A DNA stretch of 49,254 nucleotides, counting the filler, from Catajapyx aquilonaris (lineage: Eukaryota), in assembly GCA_000934665.2 (NCBI GenBank). It is 3 parts of 3 records of this genome, joined end to end, with 100 filler letters (N's around TTAATTAATTAA, not from the genome) between each part and the next. Parts side by side here need not be neighbours in the genome. Positions count along the whole stretch, not along the records: positions 1 to 16,367 come from JYFJ02007225.1; 2 more parts are not named here. One strand, given 5' to 3'. This document shows, piece by piece, positions 1 through 11,257 of this stretch. Under the pieces are notes generated by a model. That model made no database searches, had not been told where the DNA came from, and was given only the letters and a program-made list of their open reading frames with translations. Within the stretch, counting starts at the first letter, position 1, and each line of letters starts with the position of its first letter. Made by a program: the position numbers and the translations under genes.

Positions 1-78
1 TATCGGACTTTATAATGTATGGGGTATAAGAGCAATGGCTCTCCCCGAATACCCCGTAAGAGGTGGCAAGGGGTATTT

Positions 79-424
79 TACACACACACATGCACACACA
101 CACACACACACACATGTTTGCACGCCATAAGCTGTGGGGACATGGCTAACACAGCTTTTCAAACCTAGTTTATCCTAACATGACCTAACCCAACCTAACC
201 CAACCTAACCTAACATACCTAACCTACCCTACCCTAACTAACCTAGGCTGAGATAAATGGTTTTTAAACAGACCCAATTGTGGGGTCATGTCCCCACTAT
301 GTATGTACCCAACCGGTGAACTCAATTGTGGGGACGAGAAATGTCCCCACTATTTGAAAATGTCCCCACAGTTACAGTTAAAAGTCCCATTTCCGTCCCC
401 AGAGCTAATTGAAGACCCGTACAC
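79..424. mobile_element. Non-autonomous element next to a (CA)n microsatellite, with an internal telomere-like (CCTAA)n tract and inverted TGTGGGGAC/GTCCCCAC repeats
   Basis: (CA)n at ~79-114 and ACAC at 421-424. Degenerate CCTAA repeats at ~174-246. tgtggggac at 133 and 327 (variant at 279); the reverse complement gtccccac at 290, 343 and 362 (variant at 395). Family not assigned. Confidence 0.55.
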
Positions 425-867
425 AAGTCAAGGGTATTGCTGTTCATACTGCGTGGTACCATGAGTCTCTTTCTCTTCATATAAATTATGAAACCCTATG
501 CCCCGGATAAGCCACAATTATTCATAATCTCACGAGCTGCATTCCAATCTGAAATACTCAGATAAGCAGCGACGTCACGTTGAATAATCTACCCCCGAAG
601 TAAGAGAAATATGGTTTTCATGTGACCATAGACTGACCGTATATCTATCTACAATGACATTAAACATATGATTTATAGTGTCACGGGCCTTCCAGAGTCC
701 AGAACCATTCGACGGAAAAAAAAACCCTACGCGTTCTGGGCAGGCAAGTATTCAGCTTTGTTGATATGTGATCTACGGTAATTTAGTGCCAAAAATCTGC
801 AACATTGAGACTTTTTGTACAGTGAAAGTTTCAGTTCTGGCAGAAGTGTACGCTGCTCTCTTCAGCC

Positions 868-2668
868 ATGAAGTTATTCAATCACAAATCATTACAGGCG
901 TCTACGAATGTGGAACCAGCCCACTTATCACCCCAAGAAAATCTGAGGAAAACCTCCAATGTCTTACGCCTCACACTTACACTTCTCGGCCGATTTCCAT
1001 TCGCACTTCGAGAAAATCCGGACGGCACCGCCACATACACGTTCAAACCCTTCAGTCTGACCGGAATCTACTTCCTGTACACCGTTGCAAGTTCAGTGGT
1101 CGCCTTGACCTTCACCCTCACCGGATTTCTGGGTGTGACCATCGCAGGCCGATCTGAGTTGTTGCCCAATGAAACATCGGCCACGGAGTTAACAACTATC
1201 GTGAGTGATGAAGTCTCGACTGTTAATTCCACAAGCACCGCAGGAGATGATGAAATGTCAGAGGACGATACCATTGAGAAGTCGTTCTTCACCTGCGTGG
1301 TCCTGACATCAGTTCTGGCCAACGCGACCACTTCTCTTCTTAGTGCTCTGGTGTTCGGGAAAGGTTTTGCCTCCTATTTGTCTCTGTGGAGTCGTCGAGT
1401 CATGCAAATGGAACTGGACATGGCGGAAGGACTACGGAAAAAACTCATCAAGCAGGTAGCATAGATTACTCTTAAAGACCATTATTTTGTCATCTCAAAG
1501 TTATATTGCATTCTCTCCTATAATCACGAACGCAGGTAATGATCTTCAACACCCTGCTTACAATGCTGGGACTACTAGTGGCACTCAAGGTTCCCAGTGG
1601 AGTCAGAGAAACATTTGAAGCTCTCCTGTTGATCAACCTGCGATCATTTCCTCAGTCGATACGCCACCATTTGTATCCTACTTACTACCCGTTCATCAGA
1701 GGAGTGGCTGTCATAGCCCTCTGGGGTTACAAGATCTTCATTGTATTCTACGAGTTCTTTTGCTCGCTTCTCAAGAAAGGATTTTCTCTCTGGAACCAAC
1801 GGCTGGAGGCTGCCCTGGAGCACGGTGTGCCAATAAGTAAGGTTGTAATAAAGTTGCCATTGATTCAATGTCAACTTCAATTGCAGGCTTTGGACAACCT
1901 AACAAGAAGACGGCTGACGGAAGAATTCGCTCGTCTTACGAAGAGCTCTATACTGATCACTACCGACTTGTTAAGCTGGTGGACATGACAAATATTCTTT
2001 TTAAGCCTGCTCTGTTAGTGTACTATTCTACTCAGGTACGTACGTATACATTTTTGAGTCAAAAGCATGTGTTGAATGAATATTGTCCTTTCAGATTGTA
2101 GTTCTTTGCTTCATGTGCTTCTACATGGTCCATACCGCCAAGGATTCACCTGGATCTATCGCTACATGTGTCGTGGTTCTTGCTCAAAGCTTTGCGCTTG
2201 TGTACTCCATTTCTCTTCGTGGGAGTTACGTTTTTGAAGAGGTCATATCATGCATTTTGACATTTATATAATATATCTGACAGCCTTACTTTCGGTTATT
2301 TGTTTTCAGGCCCATACTGGTTTTGAAATAATAAGGAAATATGGAGGTCCAAAAGCCCGCAGCGAAGAGGAGCTGCTCTTCGTAAGTCATATATATTACA
2401 CTATTCGCACCAATAAATCAGTAATTTTAATTATTTCCAACATCTCCTGCTTAGCTGGAATCCTTAAGCATCAGCTACCTTGGCGAAACGATTCAACTCA
2501 CGGGCGGAAAATATTTTGGCATCGATAGACCTTTTATGCAAGAGGTATGCGATCAAAATTAAATCACCAGCAAACAATAATATTATCACAAACACACCTT
2601 GATCTTTTTTGCAGATGGCAGGGACAGTGGTCACCTACTTTATCATTATCATCCAGTTCTACGCTTGA
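868..2668 (+). CDS. Gustatory receptor (7TM chemoreceptor family), GR copy 1, ~462 aa
   Basis: Exons 868-1455, 1536-1824, 1887-2035, 2095-2241, 2310-2381, 2455-2544, 2615-2668; all GT-AG and frame continuous. N-terminal LLGRFPF motif. C-terminus ...LTGGKYFGIDRPFMQE/MAGTVVTYFIIIIQFYA* matches the GR TM7 motif TYxxxxxQF, preceded by the typical terminal phase-0 introns. Confidence 0.93.
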
Positions 2669-2888
2669 TTTATTACATCCTAGGTTTCTCATTACAAACC
2701 TTGTATACACTTCAGTATATATTTTTTTGCATTAATTCGAGGCAACAGCTACAAAATAATCATGAATCAGAGTCAATATATTTCTATTTAATAGGGCACA
2801 TCCTCAATGTTATAGTGCATCTGCAAAAATATACTATACTATACTGTAGTACACCTGCAAACGACTTCCGCCAAATGTAGTCCTCAAT

Positions 2889-2915
2889 AACAACAACAGC
2901 AACAACAACAACAAC
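2889..2915. repeat. (CAA)n microsatellite
   Basis: aacaacaacagcaacaacaacaacaac seen directly. Confidence 0.8.
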
Positions 2916-3009
2916 GCAACGAATGCATATTAATATTATTGTAACCTAAATAAATTTCTCCTCGCAGTCATGGAAGATAAGCAAAAAACTATGATTTGCA
3001 GTTCGTTTT

Positions 3010-3233
3010 TCCCGTGTCCATTAAGGCTNCTGCAGTATATGATGTGATGGTGCCACCAACCACCTCCGTAGTAATTTGCCTGGTTCCTGGGAGCATATCC
3101 GTCGTTGTCCCGGTCAAGGGTTGGGAAACCCATTCCATTCTGCTGGATAAGCCCCACCTGGTGGATAGAATCCTCCGACAGAGAGACGGTACCGGTACTG
3201 GTCCTCCTCGCTCGAAACCATGAAGGTGTCGTA
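3010..3233 (-). pseudogene. Decayed fibrinogen C-terminal domain (FReD/ficolin-like) fragment
   Basis: Minus-strand translation YDTFMVSSEEDQYRYRLSVGGF, then after a frameshift QNGMGFPTLDRDNDGYAPRNQANYYGGGWWHHHIIYCXSLNG. This matches the FReD motifs YxxFxVxxExxxYxLxVGG, NGMxFSTxDxDND and NCA...GGWW...C...LNG. No N-terminal half was found, and the Cys of NCA is lost. Confidence 0.8.
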
Positions 3234-3820
3234 TTAACTTGAATTATTTACCCATAGCTTGAATGGCCACTTCAATCCCTCTTTCCATAACATGATTTTC
3301 GGTAGACAACTTCGTCTCAGCAGGTATGTTGTCTGCAACATTTGACCTTGGTTCTAATGACCTGTATCATTTAATTGTATCGCATTACAGTAATATTATA
3401 ACTGTCATCGGAAACTCTTTACCACCAGCATAAACCTTTTTGAGCCGATCCACTCGCATATGAATGACCTTGCGAAACTGTCGGTCATCTGGAGTTATTA
3501 TTATTGATAAGCAGCAATCAGCATCTGCACATTACAAGTAAAATATTGCAGTCTTTCCTTGATAAATGCTGCACTTTATAGCCATATTTCAACCCTGGAG
3601 ACCATGCCTTTGATTGTGGGCGTGTACACCATGGATCATCTAGACAGAACTGGACTAAATACTGTATGCCACATGTATTACGTAACAAAATTGGCCAACT
3701 TCGCCTATCAATCTGATTAGGATTTACCTGACCCAAATTTCAAGTGCATTCTGGCATTCCAAAAAGAACGGGCCGCGGATTTATATACTGTTGCACTTTG
3801 GTGAACACAACTCTAAAAAC

Positions 3821-6800
3821 ATGAAGTTATTTCGCACTAAAAGGGAACAAGTGGCCCAGTCCACACTCACTCCGCAGGAAAACCTTCAGAAAACATTCAA
3901 CGTGTTGCGACTAACTCTAATATTTCTTGGTCGTTTTCCATTTTCGCTCGAAACCCATTCGGATGGGACCACAACGTACAGGTACAAACCTCTGAGTTTG
4001 ATAGGGTTGTACTTCTTGTACACCGTGTCCAGTTCGGTCATCGCCCTGACATTCACCACCACAGGATCCCTGGGAGTCATCGTCGAAGGAAGAATGAACC
4101 AGTTGCCCAACGATTCAGTGTACACGACCGAGAGCTCAACTGTTGAGGAAGGAATAATTTTGTTCGCAAACGAGTCGAGTGAAGTCGAGCATGAAATGTC
4201 CGAGGAAGAAATCATGCAGAAGTCGATTTTCACCACTGTGGTCATGGCTTCGATCCTGGCCAACGCGACAACCTCGCTTCTGACCACGTTTTTCTTCGGG
4301 AAAGGATTCGCAACCTACTTCACACTCTGGAGTCGTCGAGTCATGCAGATGGATTTCGACGTGGCTGGTATCCTCAGAAAAAAATTGCTCAAGCAGGTAA
4401 GAACAATTTACGATATGCCTTCAGTGACATTCCTAAAAACTGTCCCAAAAACTTAATAACTTATTTACTATGCAGTTATAATGATAATAATGCATTTTAA
4501 TCCAGGTGATTATGTTCAACATTTTGTTGATCATGCTAGCCTTCTTGATTGGCCTGAAGATTCCCAGAGCAGTGAGAGAAACTTTCGAAGGATTGTTGGT
4601 TATCAACTTGCATTCCTTTCCTCGCTCTATCAGACACTATTTTCACTCTTCGTACTACCCTTTTATCAGAGGAGCTATTGTCATAGCCCTTTGGGGATAC
4701 AAAATATTCATTGTCTTCTACGAGTTTTTCTGCTCCTTGCTGAGAAAAGGTTTTGAGTTGTGGAATCAACGGCTTCAAGTCGCCTTAGAACATGGTAAGA
4801 AACTTCAATGCTTCAATATAATGTTTTAACCTATAATATTGTTTTACCTAAAAAAAAATGAAGGATTTGGTCAGCCGGGTAGGGAAACTGTGGACGGAAG
4901 GATTCGCTCCTCTTACGAAGAACTCTACAAAGATCATTATCGACTGGTCAAACTGGTGGACATGACGAATGTACTCTTCAAGCCAGTCCTTCTGGTGTAT
5001 TATTCGACTCAGGTATGGGATTTTAGCAGGATACAGCATACTAATTAACACTTGATTTATTTCAGTGATCGCTAGAGTCCTGATTTTTAGGCACATAAAG
5101 ATCCTGAATTAGGCACTTAAATAGGCACGAAAAACCTCAAATAGGCACCAAGTTGTTACTTTTCGGGAGTATGGAGGATAATGTTACAGAAAATAAAAAA
5201 GCTAGAACAATTTTATAGGCCTAAAGTATAAATATAAGGTCACAAGCCATAGCAAAAACCGAATAACAACGATAAACTGACAGGATATCACAAAACATGG
5301 GCAAAAGACACAAAGTGCAAGCAATTGTCACTTGCTCTGGACTCTACTGTTCATAGCTCGTTCCCACTTACACAGTAGGCCTATGTTACCAAAAAACTTT
5401 CTAGATTTTCATTAGTAAAACTAATTACTTTTAACTATTTTGGTTTCTTTCAGGAGCGCAAAAAAACAAACATGCCTCTGAAGGAATGGGGCCATAAAGT
5501 CCGGAAATTGCCTTAAAAGGTTCAAAAACTATCTCGAAAAAGCAAAATAGGCAGAATAGGTAAAATCGTTCCCAAAACCAAGAAATACGTCATTTAAGGC
5601 ACTATAAAACCTACATTTTCCACATCATGCACTTATGACACGGATATAGATCTCTTATTCACAAAACAATCCCAACTGTTAAATAACTAAGTACGCATTT
5701 ACGTAAAAATCCAGACTCTAGTGATCACCTATAAAACCAACTCAAATTCCTTGTGAGTTATTTCATCTAACCAAATAACATAACGCAATTATGAACATAA
5801 TTTCGACTTCAAATATTTCTGATCATACTTTTCACAAAAAGCACTTTAAAACGTCAGAAGTTGATCCAGTCCATTGTGAATTATCATTCAAAATGAATTA
5901 TTGATATTTCAAGGGATAAAGGTTTTAAGAGCTATACTCATCAAATTGACGAAAAACGACTTTAAATAATTTTTTTTTAAATTGACGCGGGAATGTTCTC
6001 TTTCACTCTTTCAGATCATTGTGCTTTGCTTTGTCTGCTTTTACATCGTGCACGCAGCCAAAGACTCCCCAGGTTCTGTGGCCACGCTGGTCATAGTCGT
6101 TATCCAAAGCAGCGCACTTGTGTACTCCATTTCACTTCGCGGAAGCTTTGTGTACGAAGAGGTAATTCATTGGTTTAATTTATGCTGACGCATTCATAGA
6201 ATAACAGTTACATTCCCAAAGTCAATATTGCTGCACCTGGTAATATTCACTTGGTAACTTACAATGACTTTTGCCACAACATTCGTGTAGGTAGCCTACT
6301 GTAGGATGAAATTAAACTGAATTTTTAATTTTTATTACTTCCTATATACGTACGTCGAAATTGACATTAATATTGTGACCTTGGGCACGCAAATGAGGAA
6401 AACACGTTGGGATCTAATACTGTACTGCAGTATGACAGTATATTCATATACCCAAGACAGTATGTTAAATTGTTCATATACCCAAGGCATTACACGAATA
6501 AAATATTATTATTTCCAGGCGCACAAAGGTTTCGCCATAATAAGGAGTTATGGGTATCCCCAAGCACGCAGCAGGGAAGAACTGATGTTCGTAAGTATAG
6601 TCTATGGACTAATTTATGAGAAAATAACAAGGGGAAAAAATGATAACTGCGCTCTTTTCCAGCTGGAATCTCTTAGCATCAGTTATCGAGGAGACACTAT
6701 CCAACTTACAGGAGGAAAATATTTTGGAATTGACAGGCCCTTCATGCAAGACGTTAGTAAAGTACTACGTACTGTACTCGAAAACCTTAAATGCATAACG

Positions 6801-7159
6801 ATCAGGCCCATTTGACTGATTTTCACACATTACTATACCATTACTCTTCGGAGAATAAACCCTTTTTACCATTTTTAGAGGAGGCTGCATGCCGTTTCCT
6901 TTAAAAATAATTATTTTATCGTATTTTATTTATCGTAAAACTGACTTGACCAATAGAAGATACGCATTATGGACCATATTGCAAGCTGCTTCACTCAGCT
7001 TCGACCAAAATCTGACTGATTGTTTTGCTTTTCAGGTTTTCACATGAATTTTATTGAGTCATCCCATAACTCGGCGTAATAATATTTCTATTGTTGTAAT
7101 TTCAGATGGCCGGAACAGTGGTCACTTACTTCATTATTATAATCCAATTTTACGCATAA
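3821..7159 (+). CDS. Gustatory receptor, GR copy 2, ~458 aa (closest paralog of copy 1)
   Basis: Exons 3821-4396, 4506-4794, 4864-5012, 6015-6161, 6519-6590, 6663-6752, 7106-7159. Exons 2-7 have the same sizes as in copy 1. Ends MAGTVVTYFIIIIQFYA*. Confidence 0.92.
5073..5720. mobile_element. hAT-type non-autonomous element (MITE) in GR2 intron 3
   Basis: Left end TAGAGTCCTGATTTTTA; right end reverse complement TAGAGTCTGGATTTTTA. 8-bp target-site duplication GTGATCGC (5065-5072) / GTGATCAC (5721-5728). Subterminal TAGGCAC repeats. TAG ends with an 8-bp TSD are hAT hallmarks. Confidence 0.8.
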
Positions 7160-8099
7160 TACTCTCCGACGACGTCTCGAAATCATTTTACTGTAAATGT
7201 AGCAATACATAGTTATATTAATTACAATCATCTCTAAATATTTCTTTGAGTTGTCTTTCTGTCTCCCTCCATTTAAAAGGAAGCTGTGCTCATTTTGCAT
7301 GTTGCTATAAGAATTTGGGAAAGAATCTTCATTCCGAGAATAAAAGCAACATGTATACGTTTCAATTCTTAGAAGAAAGGATTGCACCCCCTGAATGAAG
7401 ATCTTTGCGCCATTTTAAATCCAAACTTGAAAATTAAGTGCAGATTTTTTTTTAAATAGCACCCAATGCTTTCGGGTCAAATGTTACTGTACTGCTTGGT
7501 GCTTAGACTGCTTCAAATGTAGATTTTATTAATTATTTTAACTTAAATTGAAAAGCAGGTAATTTAGGCATTGATGGAATCAATAGCGGGAAGGCCTTCA
7601 CATCTGTATAGCCTCTTTACCCAAGATTAAAGCTAAAGTTTGGGTTTTACATTGTAAATGGGAATTACAACCAATCACGAAGAAGGTCGATTGGCATGTA
7701 TGCCAACTGCCAAAATTCCTATACAATCTTTGAATAAGGGAAACCACATAAAAATAAAACGAACTTAGAACATAAAACCGCCCAAAAATAATTCAGACAC
7801 TGTCATGTCGCCCACAATGAAAAATTGCAAATCAATACAGACGCGTGTAATTTCATCAACGTCAGAAGCATAAGCGTTATTGTTATATCCTCGCGACCCA
7901 TGTACTTGCCCAAATCATAAAACCATAACATGCAACGTGATTACTGTGGTCATATTACAAATACCCCATACTTTTCTATCCAGTACTTGAAATGGGACAG
8001 ACCCGTTGCGCCAAACAGCTGCATAAAAGGTACGGATATTTCATATATGGGACACATAAAAACCAACCGAATTCCAAAAAGTCGGGCCATTTCTTCGCC

Positions 8100-10073
8100 A
8101 TGATTTTAAAGAACCTTTACAATTTTGGCAGGCGCGACAACACCCAGGATGACAATCCTGCATCGTCGTTTCAAAGAGCCTTCAAGCTCCTGAGACTCAC
8201 GTTAACACTGGTCGGCCGTTTTCCGTACTTCCTTCTGAAAAATCCGGATGGAATCGACACATACACATTCAGGCTGAAAAGCCTACGAGGTGTGTACTTC
8301 GTCTTCACATGTGTATTGTCGCTTTCGTCGTTGTCGCTTTGCACCGTCGGAGTCCTGACATTGCACTCCGAAACGCGACAAAAACACTCGGATGACGCTC
8401 CAGACAACCTGACAGAACCTGTGACCTCTGACCCTCTCGAGACCAATATCACATCGCATGTGATGACCGACGAGGAGTTCCTGGTGGACAACCTGTTCGT
8501 CACAGTCATCTTACTGTCGGTGATGACCAACGCTGTGTCGCAAGGTCTGACCCACCTTTTCCATGGTTCGAGCATGGCTTCGTACATGAACCTGTGGAGC
8601 CGGTATCTTTGGGAGATGGACATCGAAGCGTCGCCAAAGGCACTGAGGAAGAAGGTGGCCAAACAGGTGATAGCCTTCAACATCGTGATGATGTTCTTCT
8701 TCGCCATGTTCTACATCGTGCATCCTCCGGACATCATAGGACACGCCACAGATGCCTTCACTCTATTCATCATCAAGCCTTTTGGAGGCACCAGAGATCC
8801 CATCGTCTTTCCCTTGACCAGGGCTTTGGCTCGCCTGGCCATTTTCTTGGGCCTCTGGTCATACAAGGTCAACATTTTTGTGTACGAGTTCATCTGCGCT
8901 TTGCTTCAGAATGGATTCAGGGTCTGGAATGAGCGTCTGATCTCAGTGCTTGGCTCAGGTAAAGTGAAGATGTGAGGGTCACATTTGCGTCAAAAATACG
9001 TCCATATAATATTGAAGGAAATCTGGCATATTTTCACGTACGCGTAAATTGGAAAATTACAATACAATTTCATTTGCAGAATCGGATAATTTTCAAGGCA
9101 CGAGGTTGGAATACACAAAATTGTTCAACGACCACTGCCGATTGGTGACACTAGTGGATGAAACCAACAAGGTTTTTTCGCCAATTGTGCTCACTTATTA
9201 TTGCACACAGGTTAGTATACTCTCGCGCAACATTTTACAATGCAAGTATTACAAGCCAGATGCGCTTCGGACGTGCCTTACAAGCACCTTGCTAATATAA
9301 AATATCCATTTTTGCAGGTTGTCATCATGTGCTTCGAGTGCTTTTGGATAGCTCGACATTTTGGGAAGTCAGATCCAATGCAAATCACGGCGGCAGTCAT
9401 CATATTCATCCAAACGGTCGGATTGCTGTACCTGGTGTCTTTGAAAGCCAGCTACGTGTTCGAGGAGGTAAGTCGTGTTCTCAAATCCGTTAAAATGTCT
9501 CTATACCTCCTTTTATTTTCTTAGGCTCATCGTGGTTTTGAAATTTCCAGGCAGCATGGCCTGACCATGGCTAAAACTGAAAGGGAGCTCGTCTTTGTAA
9601 GTCAACTTGTACTTTGCAATATTCCTGATAAGTGCTTGCTAATAAACCTTTTTAAAATCTGAAACCTGAACACCTCACTTGTAAACGTGTAAGTAATAAC
9701 GACTTGTAATTTTACAGCTGGAAAGCTTAACACACAGTTATCAAGGAGCGACTATCCAAATGACTGGTGGTCAGTATTTTGGAATTGACAGGCCGTTTAT
9801 GCAAGATGTGAGTACTTGTACTTTGACCTATAAAAATTAACAGACTGATTTTGTCTTATAAACTGTCAAATAACATTGATCTGAGAAAACGAAAGTAACT
9901 CTATTGTCAAATGCTCTGTGCGCCACTTATCGTTTTAACTCCTTGCATGTTCCTTGATTGTGTACTTCAAAATTGTCAGCTTTTTTAATTATTACTTATT
10001 TTTTCGGCAGGTCTCTGGAGCAATACTGACATACTTCATAATCATAATTCAGTTCAACCCGGATGAAAACTGA
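8100..10073 (+). CDS. Gustatory receptor, GR copy 3, ~454 aa
   Basis: Exons 8100-8958, 9080-9210, 9318-9467, 9525-9596, 9718-9807, 10011-10073. LVGRFPY near the N-terminus; ends VSGAILTYFIIIIQFNPDEN*. Start chosen by alignment with paralogs; an in-frame upstream ATG exists at 7992. Confidence 0.92.
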
Positions 10074-11257
10074 ATTGACTGCGGCCAACACTGTTCTTAT
10101 CTGACACGCAACCCAGACACTTTACAGCGATTATACAGATAAAAACCACGTGTGAAGCTGATCGATACTCTGCATAGAAACGAGCCGAAAGTACAGTACT
10201 ACGAGTATTTGTAGATTACAAGGTGGAGAAGAGTGATTCGAAACGAGGTCGAATTTGGACCAAAGAAAATTTTGGCGAATTTTTGATTGCAATAAAAAAA
10301 ACTGCGCATACTTGCGCCACTCATCGAGTAAAATTCTTGTAATGGAGAGTCAATAAATTATTTAACCGTAGACTCTTCATTATCAACCCGTTAATTTATA
10401 CTGTTCCGATACCAAATATATTGTGTTTGAGATGCATATTTGTCAATAAAACAAATTTTGCATATAATTTCTTTGTTTTCATAGATTTTCCTTACATTTC
10501 CGTACATTTTCACTATTCTACATTTCAATATTTTAGGCATATTCGTACCTCTGTATAAATTTTGATATTTTTCTGTCATTAACAAAACATTCCCGCAGCA
10601 TATTCAAACGATCAAGCATTTGAAATAAACTATTGATGATTTTATTCCATGGCCGTGAATATGATAGAACTTGCCTGTGACTAGATCATATTTCACTGCC
10701 ATAGGTTTATAGGTCGAGATTTGCATTTTGCATTGAGTCCTATTTTCCCACAATTTTTGCTTTAAATTATTATTGGCCAACCTTCCGTTACGTAGTGTTT
10801 AGATGGCTTATCTTCTAGGCGAAATTAAATAGAAAAATGCAATAAATTAAAGATTGAACCAACACAGCCTGCATCGATTTCAGATGGCAATGAAGATAAC
10901 AAGCCTTAACCATCACGTGCAGCAAAACCCAAAGTAATGCATGATTTAAAATTTCCGGAGAGGAAATATGTCGATTTCAGAGCTTGATTAATGGCATTTT
11001 TTCACCCCCTTCACATGCCACGTACCACATATTCGTTACAGACACCGACACCTTTCGGATAAAAACCAATATATACACACCTGCTTCGAAGAACTTACTC
11101 GTCAAAAAAGGCTCATTGAAAATAATTAATAGGCGTTAAGGACAAAACGTGTAGCCGACATAAAACTAGCTCCCATAACAGAATCGATACAACTTTTCAA
11201 GGTGTAACTGGTTGGAACAAATCATTGAAGCTGAGCTTGCACAGAGACAAGAGGTTA

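Noticed and set aside
174..246. True telomere
   Set aside because: Short, degenerate and internal to a repeat element.
7992..8099. Longer GR3 N-terminus from ATG 7992
   Set aside because: The paralogs' N-terminal lengths fit ATG 8100, and the upstream stretch looks like promoter/UTR; not excluded without 5' RACE.
1068..8932. Antisense and alternative-frame ORFs over GR first exons (e.g. 1068-1331, 3886-4287, 8171-8707)
   Set aside because: Shadows of the GR coding sequence with no independent homology.
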